Source: Andalucia godoyi And28
Taxonomy: Eukaryota > Protista > Jakobida
Assembly (NCBI GenBank): GCA_009859145.1
Contig: VRVR01000016.1
Coordinates: 7,780 to 71,779, forward strand
Reading direction: 5' to 3'
DNA: 64,000 nt
Shown here one piece after another: positions 20,499-30,184 of this stretch (the stretch's first letter is position 1; each line of letters opens with the position of its first letter). Under the pieces are notes generated by a model. It was given only the letters and a program-made list of their open reading frames with translations, did not search any database and was not told where the DNA came from. The position numbers were made by a program, and so were the translations under genes.

Positions 20499-21152
20499 AT
20501 GGTACTAACACGGAAGCGGTCATCTGCAATATCACATCAATCTGAGATCCATCTGTCAGGATCCGAGACAAAGGAAAATGAGACGATGGTGCCTGCAGAG
20601 CGTTCTGCAAAGCGACCACCACTTGTGGCGGCAATGCTTGGAGAGATTGATCTGGAGGTCGACGCTCGATGTGAGGCGCTCAAATCGCTGGCCAATGCAC
20701 TGAAGTTGGCGATGAGGACGGAGCTGCAGCTTGAATTCACTCGATTGCCAAAGAGGGTGCGTCAGATGCCACTTTCCGAATATCTGAATGAAAACTCCAT
20801 GAATGGTGTTCTTGCAAGCGCAAGAAAGCAGATGCCATCTTATGCACCCAATGCACAATTGTCGTCTGTAAGTGCTGCCGTCCCATGCACACCATCGGCG
20901 TTCACTCCAATGTCCTTCCGAACTCCCATGCGCTCTACTGCCCCGCAGCCACAGTCCGTGGCCAAGGCCCAGACTCTTCTTTCCACGCAAAAGAAGATTG
21001 TAGTCGATGTTGGTAACGGAAAAGAAGTGGACTTAACAGACGGCGTCGCACAAAAGAAACTCAGTGCGAAAGAAAAGGAGGCAGCATTACAGAAACTCCG
21101 AGAACTGCAAGATGAAATGTCTGCATTGATGGAAGAAATGGGAAATGCTTGA
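20499..21152 (+). CDS. Borealin/Nbl1 N-terminal domain protein (chromosomal passenger complex)
   Basis: EIDLEVDARCEALKS...ELQLEFTRLPKRVRQMPLSEYL helical motif followed by a TP-rich linker. ATG at 20499. Confidence 0.7.
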   Translation: MVLTRKRSSAISHQSEIHLSGSETKENETMVPAERSAKRPPLVAAMLGEIDLEVDARCEALKSLANALKLAMRTELQLEFTRLPKRVRQMPLSEYLNENSMNGVLASARKQMPSYAPNAQLSSVSAAVPCTPSAFTPMSFRTPMRSTAPQPQSVAKAQTLLSTQKKIVVDVGNGKEVDLTDGVAQKKLSAKEKEAALQKLRELQDEMSALMEEMGNA

Positions 21153-21474
21153 TTGAAAAATGGAGCAATTACCAGGCTGACATTCCAACTTACACACATA
21201 AACACCAGTATCCATGCGCCACAACGCTCGCATTGCAAAACGTATATGATGTTGGAGTTCTCGATTTGACGATGTTGCATGCAGGCATTCTGCTCCACCT
21301 CTTCAACATCTTTATCTGAAGAACGTCGTTTCGTTTCTCGCGCTCCAAGGAGTTGCCTTCATTCATATGGATGCATGTCTGCGTTGTTGTCGGCTGAGCG
21401 TCCGCGAGAACCGATTGCGGTTCTTGTTACAAAGGACTTGAATGTGTCCGACAGGCGTTGTTCATCGGTTAAGC

Positions 21475-21753
21475 CGCTCGCCAAAACATGAATCGATTAC
21501 CTTTATTTGAGGGGCGAGCACCAATTCTTCAATGCAGTCAAAGGGCAATCGCGCAACCAACATACTCCGCAATCGATTCAACATTCCAAAAAATGAACGT
21601 TGGAGGAAACAGAATGTGGTCGGCGGTGCGACACATCGCGCCTGGCCACGCTTTTGTCATTGCTCCTTCTTGTTCTCTGACTTGAAAAAGCGCATTCCGA
21701 ACGCAAATCGACCACATCTCCGTGATTTGATGATCATCCGCTTGCTCAGCAAG
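21475..21753. repeat. Dispersed repeat B, copy 2
   Basis: Near-identical to 14153-14394 over 242 bp, same orientation. Confidence 0.85.
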
Positions 21754-21899
21754 AAACAGAAAACAATAGAAGAGGAGGGGGAAAAGCGTGAAGAAATGAT
21801 ACACAAAAACCCTGCCACGCGCCATGCGCATGCGTCTGTTATCTAAGCAACTCCGTCACACGATGCCCGATTCGTTTCGCCTTCCATTTTTGATATCTT

Positions 21900-23596
21900 T
21901 TTTAAAGTTCGGTTCTGTAGTCGGAACTGTGCATGTCATTTGCAGCACACTCATAACCTCGAAATACCACCCCCACCCCCACCCCAAATCGGCCTTCGCA
22001 CGTTTCACCGCTCTGGTGTCGCAGAAGATGCGAAATGGCGCGATGCAACACAGGATCTTACGTGCCTTGGGTTCTGCAGAAGGAAACGTGTACCCCGAGC
22101 ACGCTGCGTGTCAAACCTCTTCGGAAGATGTCCAGGCTCCATAGGTCTAAGCATGTGATGGAGAGAGAAATGCGCCGGCTGGCAGCCGATATCCGTTCCA
22201 CGGTGTTCTATCGTGGCAAGACGTCGTATGCAGCAGCGTGTCTCGTGTGCGATTGCGTTAGATTGGAAAATGTATCTGGATTCTGGCTGGCGTTCTTTGT
22301 TGTTGTTGGCAGCGGAACGCGGTTGTTTTACCTCAAGGAACTTCAGTGGACAGAGCCACTGTCTGGTGATGGGTTCTGTGAATTACTACGGAAATCCGTC
22401 GATGACATTGAGAACGGCGGAAGAGCGATGGTGGTGTCATTTTCTGCAAACAACGAACCCAGTGCAGTGACGGGCGTCCAGTCGTTCGTCGTACGGGTGC
22501 CGATCATGGGCTTTCTTTGTGAGCTGTGCAGCGCGTTCCATTCAGTACATCGTGGAAGATGCAATCGTCAGACACATGCCGGGGTTTAATGCGAGGCATG
22601 CTGGCATCTCTTTTGCCACTCCAGCGACAGGATGCTGGAAATTTTCTTCGCACTGATCAGCATGGCCAGTCGGAAGCTAGACCGTTGACCGTTATCAAGC
22701 CAGAGGTAGGCTGCTAGCTTTCCTTCTACCGTGCTGCGAAGCGCGTTGTTGATCGCTGGTCCGCATACGTGAGTGCCATGCATGGAACAGCAGTTGCCGA
22801 TCAGTTCTGTACAAAGACGTGGAAAACTCGCTGATGGCCTTCTGAACCACCGTGAAGCCATTCGCGAGTGCCGAAGATGCCATCCAGACCGATGAATTTG
22901 CGACCCCTCCTGTGTGGGATGTCGTATCCAAAGCTGGAAAGGAAATCATTGAGGTTCGAAAAAGCACCCAGGATCCACCAGCGCTCCAGCTCTGCGCTGC
23001 CCTTCACGATGCCTTTTACGTGCAGTGGGCTTCAAATGCGACGCATTCGCTGCTGTCAGAGATTCTCGTCTATCTGGACCCAGTGGAACGCCGCGCCTTG
23101 AAGATCCAGTGGTTGCGAGTGGAAGGTTTCATGGCGTTCCATGCCTTCTCTCTAGGCTTCCTGCTCAAGAAAGAGAGTCCATGTGATGCGGCTCGTGCAA
23201 CTGCAATAGTGTTCCAAATCGAGCGCGAATTTTCCGAATACAGTTTGCGCATGAATTGGTTCGCTCATTCGTATAAATACAAGACGGCATTCGTTTCCTA
23301 CTGGACAGCTGCTCTCAGTTATGATGTGCTTATAGCAAGCGCAGTGTTAGCGATGGCGGTTGCCACGAGCCCCATGACCGCTGTGCAACATCCGGTTTTT
23401 TTTTTTTTGTGAAGGGCCAAAGCGTTGGTGGAAACTGCGGTAATTCCTTAGATCTTCTCGATTGTGAGATGATGATCCGATTAAAATGCTTGCCAGTTTT
23501 TGTTTTGAACACGCCAGACTCTCGCGAAAACGACACCCCGCGGAAATGACTCCTGCTTCTGAAAGCGAAGATGATGAAGTGTTTGACGAGTTATAG
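21900..23596 (+). pseudogene. Decayed hAT-superfamily transposase
   Basis: Colinear motifs across frameshifts: LVCD (22251), SANN for TDN (22449), CAARSIQYIVEDAI for CxxH (22525), C*LSFY for RWxSxY (22712), KPF...IQTDE, LDP (23074), and dimerisation-like EFSEY...YW...NSLDLLDCEMMIRLK with an acidic tail to 23596. No TIRs were found. Confidence 0.7.
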
Positions 23597-24040
23597 TTTA
23601 TCGACACTGCAATGCCTGTGGATATGATAAAACTCGACAAGCAGACAGAGAGCCCATACCTGGCTCACCACAGAAGAATTACATTCAGGCAAAGTTTACT
23701 CCATTCTCTCAGAAATGAACAATGAACAACGACCAACAGAAGTGCTATAATTTAGGTCACGGGGCGTGCGCTGTTGGGACGATCGGACACCCACTGTGCA
23801 AGATTCTGGTTGACATCGTTTCAGGTTTTTCTTAAAGTCGGTTTTGAACGCGTTAAAACAGAATCAGAGCTGCGAAGAGCTACTTTGAACGCACAATAGA
23901 ACAAAGGGGAAAGGGGGGAAAGGGGGAAAAGGGGGGAAAGGGATGGTGGTGACCGCGTTCTCCTTTTAATTGCTTGCCCCGGGGTTGCTGCTTCGGGGTA
24001 CGAGCAGCGTCGTTAATAGAAATACAGAAAAGAAATCTCC

Positions 24041-24490
24041 ATGTGCCGTCATTGCACAACGGTCATGCAGTACCGGGGAGGGGGAATAGGCCACAACACG
24101 CGCATCGGCGTTGTTCAAACAGATGCTGCGCGCACCACCGTTTCCAGTCACGACCAATCCGTCATCCAGCATGCGCACCGCACCGCACCTTTTCAGAGGT
24201 TCGCTGACAAATGGCGCTTCACCGAGTGTCGCTGGCGCGGTGTCGAGGAAGGCTGCAAACGGAGATCAGTAACCTGGAGATGGACCTCCGCTTCTTTGTG
24301 GGTCGACTCGACTGCACGACGGGTTGACCAACGGCTTTTTCGATGTCCTCGATGTTTTTCATGTAGTGAGATCCCTTACAACCAAATCTCTTGCCATTCT
24401 GTGGATAGGGATACATGACGATGCTCATTAAATCTCCATGCGGCATCCGAGAAGCAGGATTCGGAGACATCCGTCGGCCGTGGGCAGGTG
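24041..24490 (+). pseudogene. Possible C-terminal TnpB/Fanzor remnant
   Basis: One frame reads VVQTDAARTT...QRLFRCPRC...SVDRDT*RCSLNL, echoing VDExxTS / FxCPxC / DRDxNAxxNL. Degenerate. Confidence 0.35.
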
Positions 24491-24522
24491 GCGTGCTGGC
24501 AGAAATCGAAACGGGAGTGGAA

Positions 24523-26862
24523 TCATGTGCGAAGGCGTGATGTGATGATGCAAATGCAGATGCAAGCAATTCCACGAAACACAGTGCCAATCAAAAGAGA
24601 ATTCCGAATGTCCGTATCAAAGTTGCCCCACGTGTACGTATATTTGTACTCGCTGACGTAATTTCGAAGAGCGGCGTTCTGTTCGGAAGAGTATGCATCG
24701 ATGGGAACAATCGACAGAAACAGGGCTTCGCCAATCCACCGCGGGTAGCTCAGATCGCCGAATTGCTTCATGTCCGTGACCTTGACTGCATGGCCAGAAG
24801 CAGTCGACCAGACCGAGGCAATCAAGAGAGTCGTGAGAGATGCGTTCTGGGGAGACAGGAGCGAGGAAAAGATGTAAGTCAGTCCATAAACACAGTATTC
24901 GAGAGAAAAGCAAACAAGGTAGTACTTCTCGAATGAACTGCCGCCCGGTCGAAGAACAAGCAACAACGTCGTGGCGTAGCACAATGCGTACACCATCAAC
25001 AATGGAAGATCCACAAGGCATCTTGCCAAGAAGAATGCCAGAGACGACAGCCCGGACGAATGTTCCCTCTGAAACACAAGCTTGTCATAGGAAAATGTTG
25101 CGATTGCGCTGGAAAGACTGGCAAGCGACAGGCTAATGATGAAAAAGATTCCAAAAACGCCCAGCTGATCGCGAACAGGAGAAAGACAGATCTTCTCTCG
25201 TACAGTCCAGGGGCAGGCGTACGCGTATACACCGGGAACAGGTGGCTGGAACAGATCTCCTGAAGAATATGCGCCTGCTACGATAGCACCGGCCAGCAGA
25301 TGCACAAAGACAGAGAGGACCACAGATCGCCACAAGCGGACTCGGTGCAAAACATACCGAACGGCGATCGCCGGAAAGTGGTGAATGATTGCGCAGCCCA
25401 CACCTGCTATCCATCGCGCAGCAGCAGACTGGAAATGTGTGGTCGTGGACAAGGTCGCATGGGGAGACGAGAGATCGGTTCGTGAAAGCATGCTCGCAAC
25501 AGCAAGCGACTCCACGCTTTCCATCTCGACCAAGTCCAGCAAATGGTCGGCAGGATTCTTCGATGTTGGACACGGAAGATTCAAATCTAATTTGCACCAT
25601 CGAAGGGCTTGTGCCGGCGTCCCTGCAAACAACACGGAACCGCGCTTTCCAAGGAGAACAACGTTGTCGAACAAATTCATAAAGATTTCGCTTCGGGGTT
25701 GGTGCACCACGGCAAGAATCGTTGCACCTTCACTTTTGCAAATGTCCTTGAGGCAGTAGCACATTTCGTATGCCGCCAGAGCATCCAGTCCCGAAGTGGG
25801 CTCATCAAGTGCTAGCAACCGGAGATACGAATCACGCATAAGCTCAAGCCCGACGCTGAGTCTTCGCTGCTCTCCTCCTGACAACCGACTTGAGCCTTCC
25901 TCATTCAGCCCCACCAGTCGATCGGACAGGTGCGCAAGCCCGCAGTATCGAAGAACATCCCGTCTTCGATTCTCCATTAAGTACCTGTCGACAACCCGTC
26001 CAGAGGATACAACCGACAATCTGCGGATTGCGTATGCCTGCGCCAAGCACTCATTCACCGTCAAGTACGGCACCAACGCAGCATCGTCCTGATGCACAAA
26101 GCCGACTGAGTGACGCAGTGCAACTCTGGACGTCCACCGTATGCATCCAGAATGACAAGACTTGTGACCTGCGATCAGATCCAGGAGCGTGGACTTTCCG
26201 CTCCCCGAAGGACCGAGAATCGCTGTAAACTTACCCACGGGGATATCAACCGACACGTTGTTGAGCACCAGCCGTCTTCCAATTTTGAAGACAACATTGC
26301 GAACTTGGATTCTCTCTGCCGATTCACTCTCCACCTCGATGTTCGTACTTGATGAACCAGGCGAAGATGTCGAGGTTGAGCGAGTACGACCAAATACGTG
26401 CTGGACCTCCGTTCCCGATTCAAAATGCAGCAGGACGCCTTGTTCTTGTTCTTGTTCTTGCTCTTGTTCTTGCTCCTGTTTTCTCCTTTGAAGCCGTGCA
26501 GAAATCACCCGATAAAACGCCAAAGAGACTGCTACAACGGAAAACATGGCAATCAGGAGAATAAGACCCGTAAACGGAATTGGCTCTGCAGTTCCTGCCG
26601 GGCACTGGATAGCCCAGTCCAGGGAACACGAGATGGGCGACGTGGTCGCGGAAGGGCAGAAGTCGCCGCTTGGGCATTCTGCAGACTGCCAAAGACCTTC
26701 CATGGGACAGAACCGACCACTCTCGCATGTTTGTGCAGAAGAGTTTGGAGGACAAAAGTAGCCGGATCGGCACGGTTGACGCAACAGAGAACGAACAGAC
26801 GCAACAGTACAATCCAATGCCCCGCAGTCCATCCCAACAGGGCAGTACAGCACATCGTTCAT
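24523..26862 (-). CDS. ABCG half-transporter with N-terminal Cys-rich domain
   Basis: CPxG repeats, one TM, Walker A GPSGSGKS, LSGGE, LALDEPTSG, HQPR and a C-terminal TMD. ATG at 26862. Confidence 0.92.
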   Translation of the reverse strand: MNDVLYCPVGMDCGALDCTVASVRSLLRQPCRSGYFCPPNSSAQTCESGRFCPMEGLWQSAECPSGDFCPSATTSPISCSLDWAIQCPAGTAEPIPFTGLILLIAMFSVVAVSLAFYRVISARLQRRKQEQEQEQEQEQEQGVLLHFESGTEVQHVFGRTRSTSTSSPGSSSTNIEVESESAERIQVRNVVFKIGRRLVLNNVSVDIPVGKFTAILGPSGSGKSTLLDLIAGHKSCHSGCIRWTSRVALRHSVGFVHQDDAALVPYLTVNECLAQAYAIRRLSVVSSGRVVDRYLMENRRRDVLRYCGLAHLSDRLVGLNEEGSSRLSGGEQRRLSVGLELMRDSYLRLLALDEPTSGLDALAAYEMCYCLKDICKSEGATILAVVHQPRSEIFMNLFDNVVLLGKRGSVLFAGTPAQALRWCKLDLNLPCPTSKNPADHLLDLVEMESVESLAVASMLSRTDLSSPHATLSTTTHFQSAAARWIAGVGCAIIHHFPAIAVRYVLHRVRLWRSVVLSVFVHLLAGAIVAGAYSSGDLFQPPVPGVYAYACPWTVREKICLSPVRDQLGVFGIFFIISLSLASLSSAIATFSYDKLVFQREHSSGLSSLAFFLARCLVDLPLLMVYALCYATTLLLVLRPGGSSFEKYYLVCFSLEYCVYGLTYIFSSLLSPQNASLTTLLIASVWSTASGHAVKVTDMKQFGDLSYPRWIGEALFLSIVPIDAYSSEQNAALRNYVSEYKYTYTWGNFDTDIRNSLLIGTVFRGIACICICIITSRLRT

Positions 26863-27276
26863 TTCCGATCGTCGGATCCTCCAAGCGCTTTGCAACTTGT
26901 ACTGCAGTAAGCGCAAAAAAATGGAAAACGCCAAGCGGGGAGGGTGCAAGCAAACGCGAACGAAATTCACACTATGAAGTAAAGAATACCTGTCTTGACA
27001 AAAGAAAGAAAAAGGTTAGAAAAGCAAGAAAAACCAGAAAAGACGCACAACTGTCGGAAGTAAAATCGGGGAAGCGGAGAATTATTCGGAGCCTTTTCCT
27101 TCGGGAAAGTTGCGCGAGCCGCTGCTTCCGAGCTTCAAAGACGCTTCCTGCCCGGTTTATGCTCGTGCGTTGCGTTCTCTGCGCAACCTCGTCCAAGCCA
27201 TCAGTTGATCCATTCGGTAAATTTGATTTCCAGTGTTGAGAAAGACGCATGCAAACGACACGTGTACTTGATTGAA

Positions 27277-29796
27277 ATGAGTGCGTGCCCAGGGGGACTT
27301 GACTGCGTTGATTTGCAGCTTTGTCCGGGCGGACAAAACGTCAACTTTACTTGTGGACCGGGATATGTGTGTCCCGGATACCAGCCGTATTACTCACCGA
27401 ACAATCCGTTCTATACAGCACCTATCTATCGGTGCTTGGAAAAGTTCTACTGTCCTTCCCCGACGTCTGGCATGTTTGTTTGTCCGCAAGGATACTATTG
27501 TCCTGAAGGCTTTGCACAGCCAGTCAAGTGTCATGAGCATGCACATTGCCCTGCGGGTTCAAAGCACCAGGTGGATATCATAGGCCCTGCATCTGTTCTT
27601 GTGTCACTTTTGCTTGCGGTTGCTATCGCGTGTGGCATACGCAAGATTGTCGATGTCCGCAAGAAAAACACAATGTTCAGCAAAGACGGCAAGTTTCGAC
27701 AGAACAAAGCGAAGGCGGGCAGCAGCACCGAGTCAAGCTCTCTTCTTCGAGGGTCTTCATCTTTTGCCAGTCCGAATTCGTCGCTCGCTGCGGACAGCAT
27801 CGTAATCGAGAATTTGAATTGTTCTGTGAGATGTGGCGGCAGTAGCAGACGTGCAGCAACAACGATGCATTCATCGCCGAGCCCGAGTCCGAGCCCGAGC
27901 TTCAGTGAAGTTGCGCTCCTGAAATCGTGTTCTGCAGTTTTCAAACCGATGAGCTTGACGGCTATTATGGGTCCTTCGGGAGCGGGAAAGTCGACCCTGA
28001 TCCGGCTGATCATGGGAGACGTCATTGCCGACGAACATGGCAACCCGGCTTCTGTCTCCGGAACATTGTCGCTCGGAAATCTCCGTGACGGCGGCAGCGG
28101 CATTGGGCTTGTGCCGCAGCAAGATGCGTGTCTCAGCATGTTGACGGTCCGCGAAACATTGGAGCATGCAGTCACCGTGAAATGCCCGGAGCTTTCCAAA
28201 AACAGCCGGCAAGCACGAGTGCTGCATGCTTTGAGGATTCTGCGATTGGAGCACGTGGCAAATTCGTACGTTGGCAGCCCAGTCTTAAATTACCGCGGAT
28301 TGAGCGGAGGGGAAAGAAAGCGCGTGTGCATTGGCGTCGAATTGGTTGCCTGGCCGGCGGTTCTGATCCTTGATGAGCCGACAACAGGACTCGATTCGCA
28401 ATCGGCGATGGTTGTCATGGATATTTTGAAGCTTCTCACCGTCCAGGCCAACAAGACGGTGATTGTTGTGGTGCACCAACCGAGGCAAGAGATTTTTGAT
28501 ACGTTTGATAGCGTGCTGTTGCTCGCTCGAGGAGGAAAGTCCGTCTTTCAGGGCTCTCCGACGGACGCCATTGCATTTTCCGAACGCCTGGGCGGAGCAC
28601 TGCCCGCGCACATGAATAGCGCAGACTTCGTTCTCGAGTCCATCTCTCTGCATGGTGACAACATTCGATCGCCCACACCTCGAGTTTGCAACCCGGAGCC
28701 CACCCTAGCACTGAGCCACCCGCGACGCGTCTCTCAGGCAAGTGCCGTTGTGGACGATTGTGCCCATCACCACAGCAATGAACCGCGCACTTGCTCGTGC
28801 ATCCGTGTCTTCCTCAGACTGCTACTTGCATTTTCTGTTCGAGAACTCAAACAGCGACTTCGAAGCTACCGATCGATCGCGCTTGCTAGTTTCATGCATG
28901 TTGCCATGGGCTGCATTCTTGGTGGCGCATTCTCCACGATCCGCGGCGTCACGATTTACAAGCCGCAGATTTTTCCTCCAGAAGCAATTCGGTGTCCTCT
29001 TCTCATCCGGAACCGGTGCGCAAACGAACCTGTGGATCAGTCTGTTCTGGAGGACATGATCTTCATCACTCTGATGATTCTTCACAGCTGCGGGACGATT
29101 GCCGCACAGTTTTCTTTTGCAGAGGAGCGCCGCCTCTGGAAGCAAGAACTATGTGTCGCAGGAGGGAGTCGCTCATCGCGCTTTGGTTCTGTTCTCTCCA
29201 TCCAGACGCGAAAGGTCACATTTTCTCCGTATCTAACGGCCAAGTTTCTGATCGATCTCCCCTTTCTCGTCTATTTCGGAGTGCTGTTCATGTATTCCTT
29301 CACGATGATCTTGTCTCCGTTTGGGAATTACGAATGGTACGTGGCCATCGGCATTTTGACCTCGTTTTCCGCATATGGAACCGGTTACTTGGTGTCTTTC
29401 TGCAGCAGCGAAGCGAACAGTCTGCTCAACGGCGTGGTGGTGTCGCTGCTTGCCGGGCTGACGACGGGGACGCATCCGCGACTCAGCGACGTTTCCGAAA
29501 ATCAGTTTTTGAAGATGGTATGGTGGCTCTCGCCGCTTCGATGGATCGGTGAGCTGTGGTACATCAAGGAAGCCGGGGCATACGCCGACCACGGCTTTGA
29601 AGTCGACGGTGGGTTTCGCATGATGGGCTTTCAACAGAGAAACACCGGCATGTGCATCGCTATGGTTATTTTGCTTGGGTGTGCGTTTCGTTGTGTAAGT
29701 TACATTGTCTTTTGGACACTGTTTCAATCCGTGCGCCTTATGCGCCCTTTCCAGCGAACAGCGGCCCAAGAAATGGCGACTGTAAGACAAAAGTAA
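27277..29796 (+). CDS. ABCG half-transporter with N-terminal Cys-rich domain (divergent partner)
   Basis: CPGG/CPQGYYCP repeats, TM, GPSGAGKS, LSGGERKR, ILDEPTTG, HQPR and a TMD. ATG at 27277. Confidence 0.92.
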   Translation: MSACPGGLDCVDLQLCPGGQNVNFTCGPGYVCPGYQPYYSPNNPFYTAPIYRCLEKFYCPSPTSGMFVCPQGYYCPEGFAQPVKCHEHAHCPAGSKHQVDIIGPASVLVSLLLAVAIACGIRKIVDVRKKNTMFSKDGKFRQNKAKAGSSTESSSLLRGSSSFASPNSSLAADSIVIENLNCSVRCGGSSRRAATTMHSSPSPSPSPSFSEVALLKSCSAVFKPMSLTAIMGPSGAGKSTLIRLIMGDVIADEHGNPASVSGTLSLGNLRDGGSGIGLVPQQDACLSMLTVRETLEHAVTVKCPELSKNSRQARVLHALRILRLEHVANSYVGSPVLNYRGLSGGERKRVCIGVELVAWPAVLILDEPTTGLDSQSAMVVMDILKLLTVQANKTVIVVVHQPRQEIFDTFDSVLLLARGGKSVFQGSPTDAIAFSERLGGALPAHMNSADFVLESISLHGDNIRSPTPRVCNPEPTLALSHPRRVSQASAVVDDCAHHHSNEPRTCSCIRVFLRLLLAFSVRELKQRLRSYRSIALASFMHVAMGCILGGAFSTIRGVTIYKPQIFPPEAIRCPLLIRNRCANEPVDQSVLEDMIFITLMILHSCGTIAAQFSFAEERRLWKQELCVAGGSRSSRFGSVLSIQTRKVTFSPYLTAKFLIDLPFLVYFGVLFMYSFTMILSPFGNYEWYVAIGILTSFSAYGTGYLVSFCSSEANSLLNGVVVSLLAGLTTGTHPRLSDVSENQFLKMVWWLSPLRWIGELWYIKEAGAYADHGFEVDGGFRMMGFQQRNTGMCIAMVILLGCAFRCVSYIVFWTLFQSVRLMRPFQRTAAQEMATVRQK

Positions 29797-30002
29797 GCTC
29801 GCTCCGTAGAGTTGCACGATAAGACATGCATGGAAAGTACGTGATGAGCTCGGGGGTACCGTGCGGGGCCTCATTTCTAATTTTCATCACATAATTTATC
29901 TATTATTATTATTATCTATCCCATTTTTTTTCGCGTATTCTTCGCTGATTTGATCTTTGAACTTCGCAATCACTCGTCACACATTCCCTACCGCTTTGCC
30001 AC

Positions 30003-30135
30003 TTGACTTTTGTTTTTCCCTTCCTTTTCTGTTTTTCTTCTCTTTTCTCTTTTCTCTTTTCTCTTTTCTTTTTTCTCTTTTCTTTTTTCTTTTCTTTTCT
30101 TTTCCTTCTTCTTCTCTTCTTTTTTTTTTTCTTCT
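30003..30135 (+). repeat. Polypyrimidine (TTTTC/TTTCT)n tract upstream of EFL
   Basis: Direct reading. Confidence 0.85.
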
Positions 30136-30184
30136 GTGGTTTCATTTTTGCACCTTCCGGTTCCCTTTTGAAAAGCTATAAACC

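Noticed and set aside
23469-23562. Box C/D snoRNA-like ATGATGA...CTGA
   Set aside because: It lies within the hAT C-terminal reading frame (EMMIRLK), and I saw no terminal stem or rRNA complementarity.
22035-23596. Alternative genetic code or programmed readthrough to explain interrupted ORFs
   Set aside because: All three stop codons terminate conserved genes normally, and the interruptions include frameshifts and motif decay typical of a pseudogene.
30003-30135. Polypyrimidine tract as a trans-splicing signal
   Set aside because: Not consistent across genes (the tract near BIVM is purine-rich on the sense strand), and genes alternate strands rather than forming polycistronic runs.
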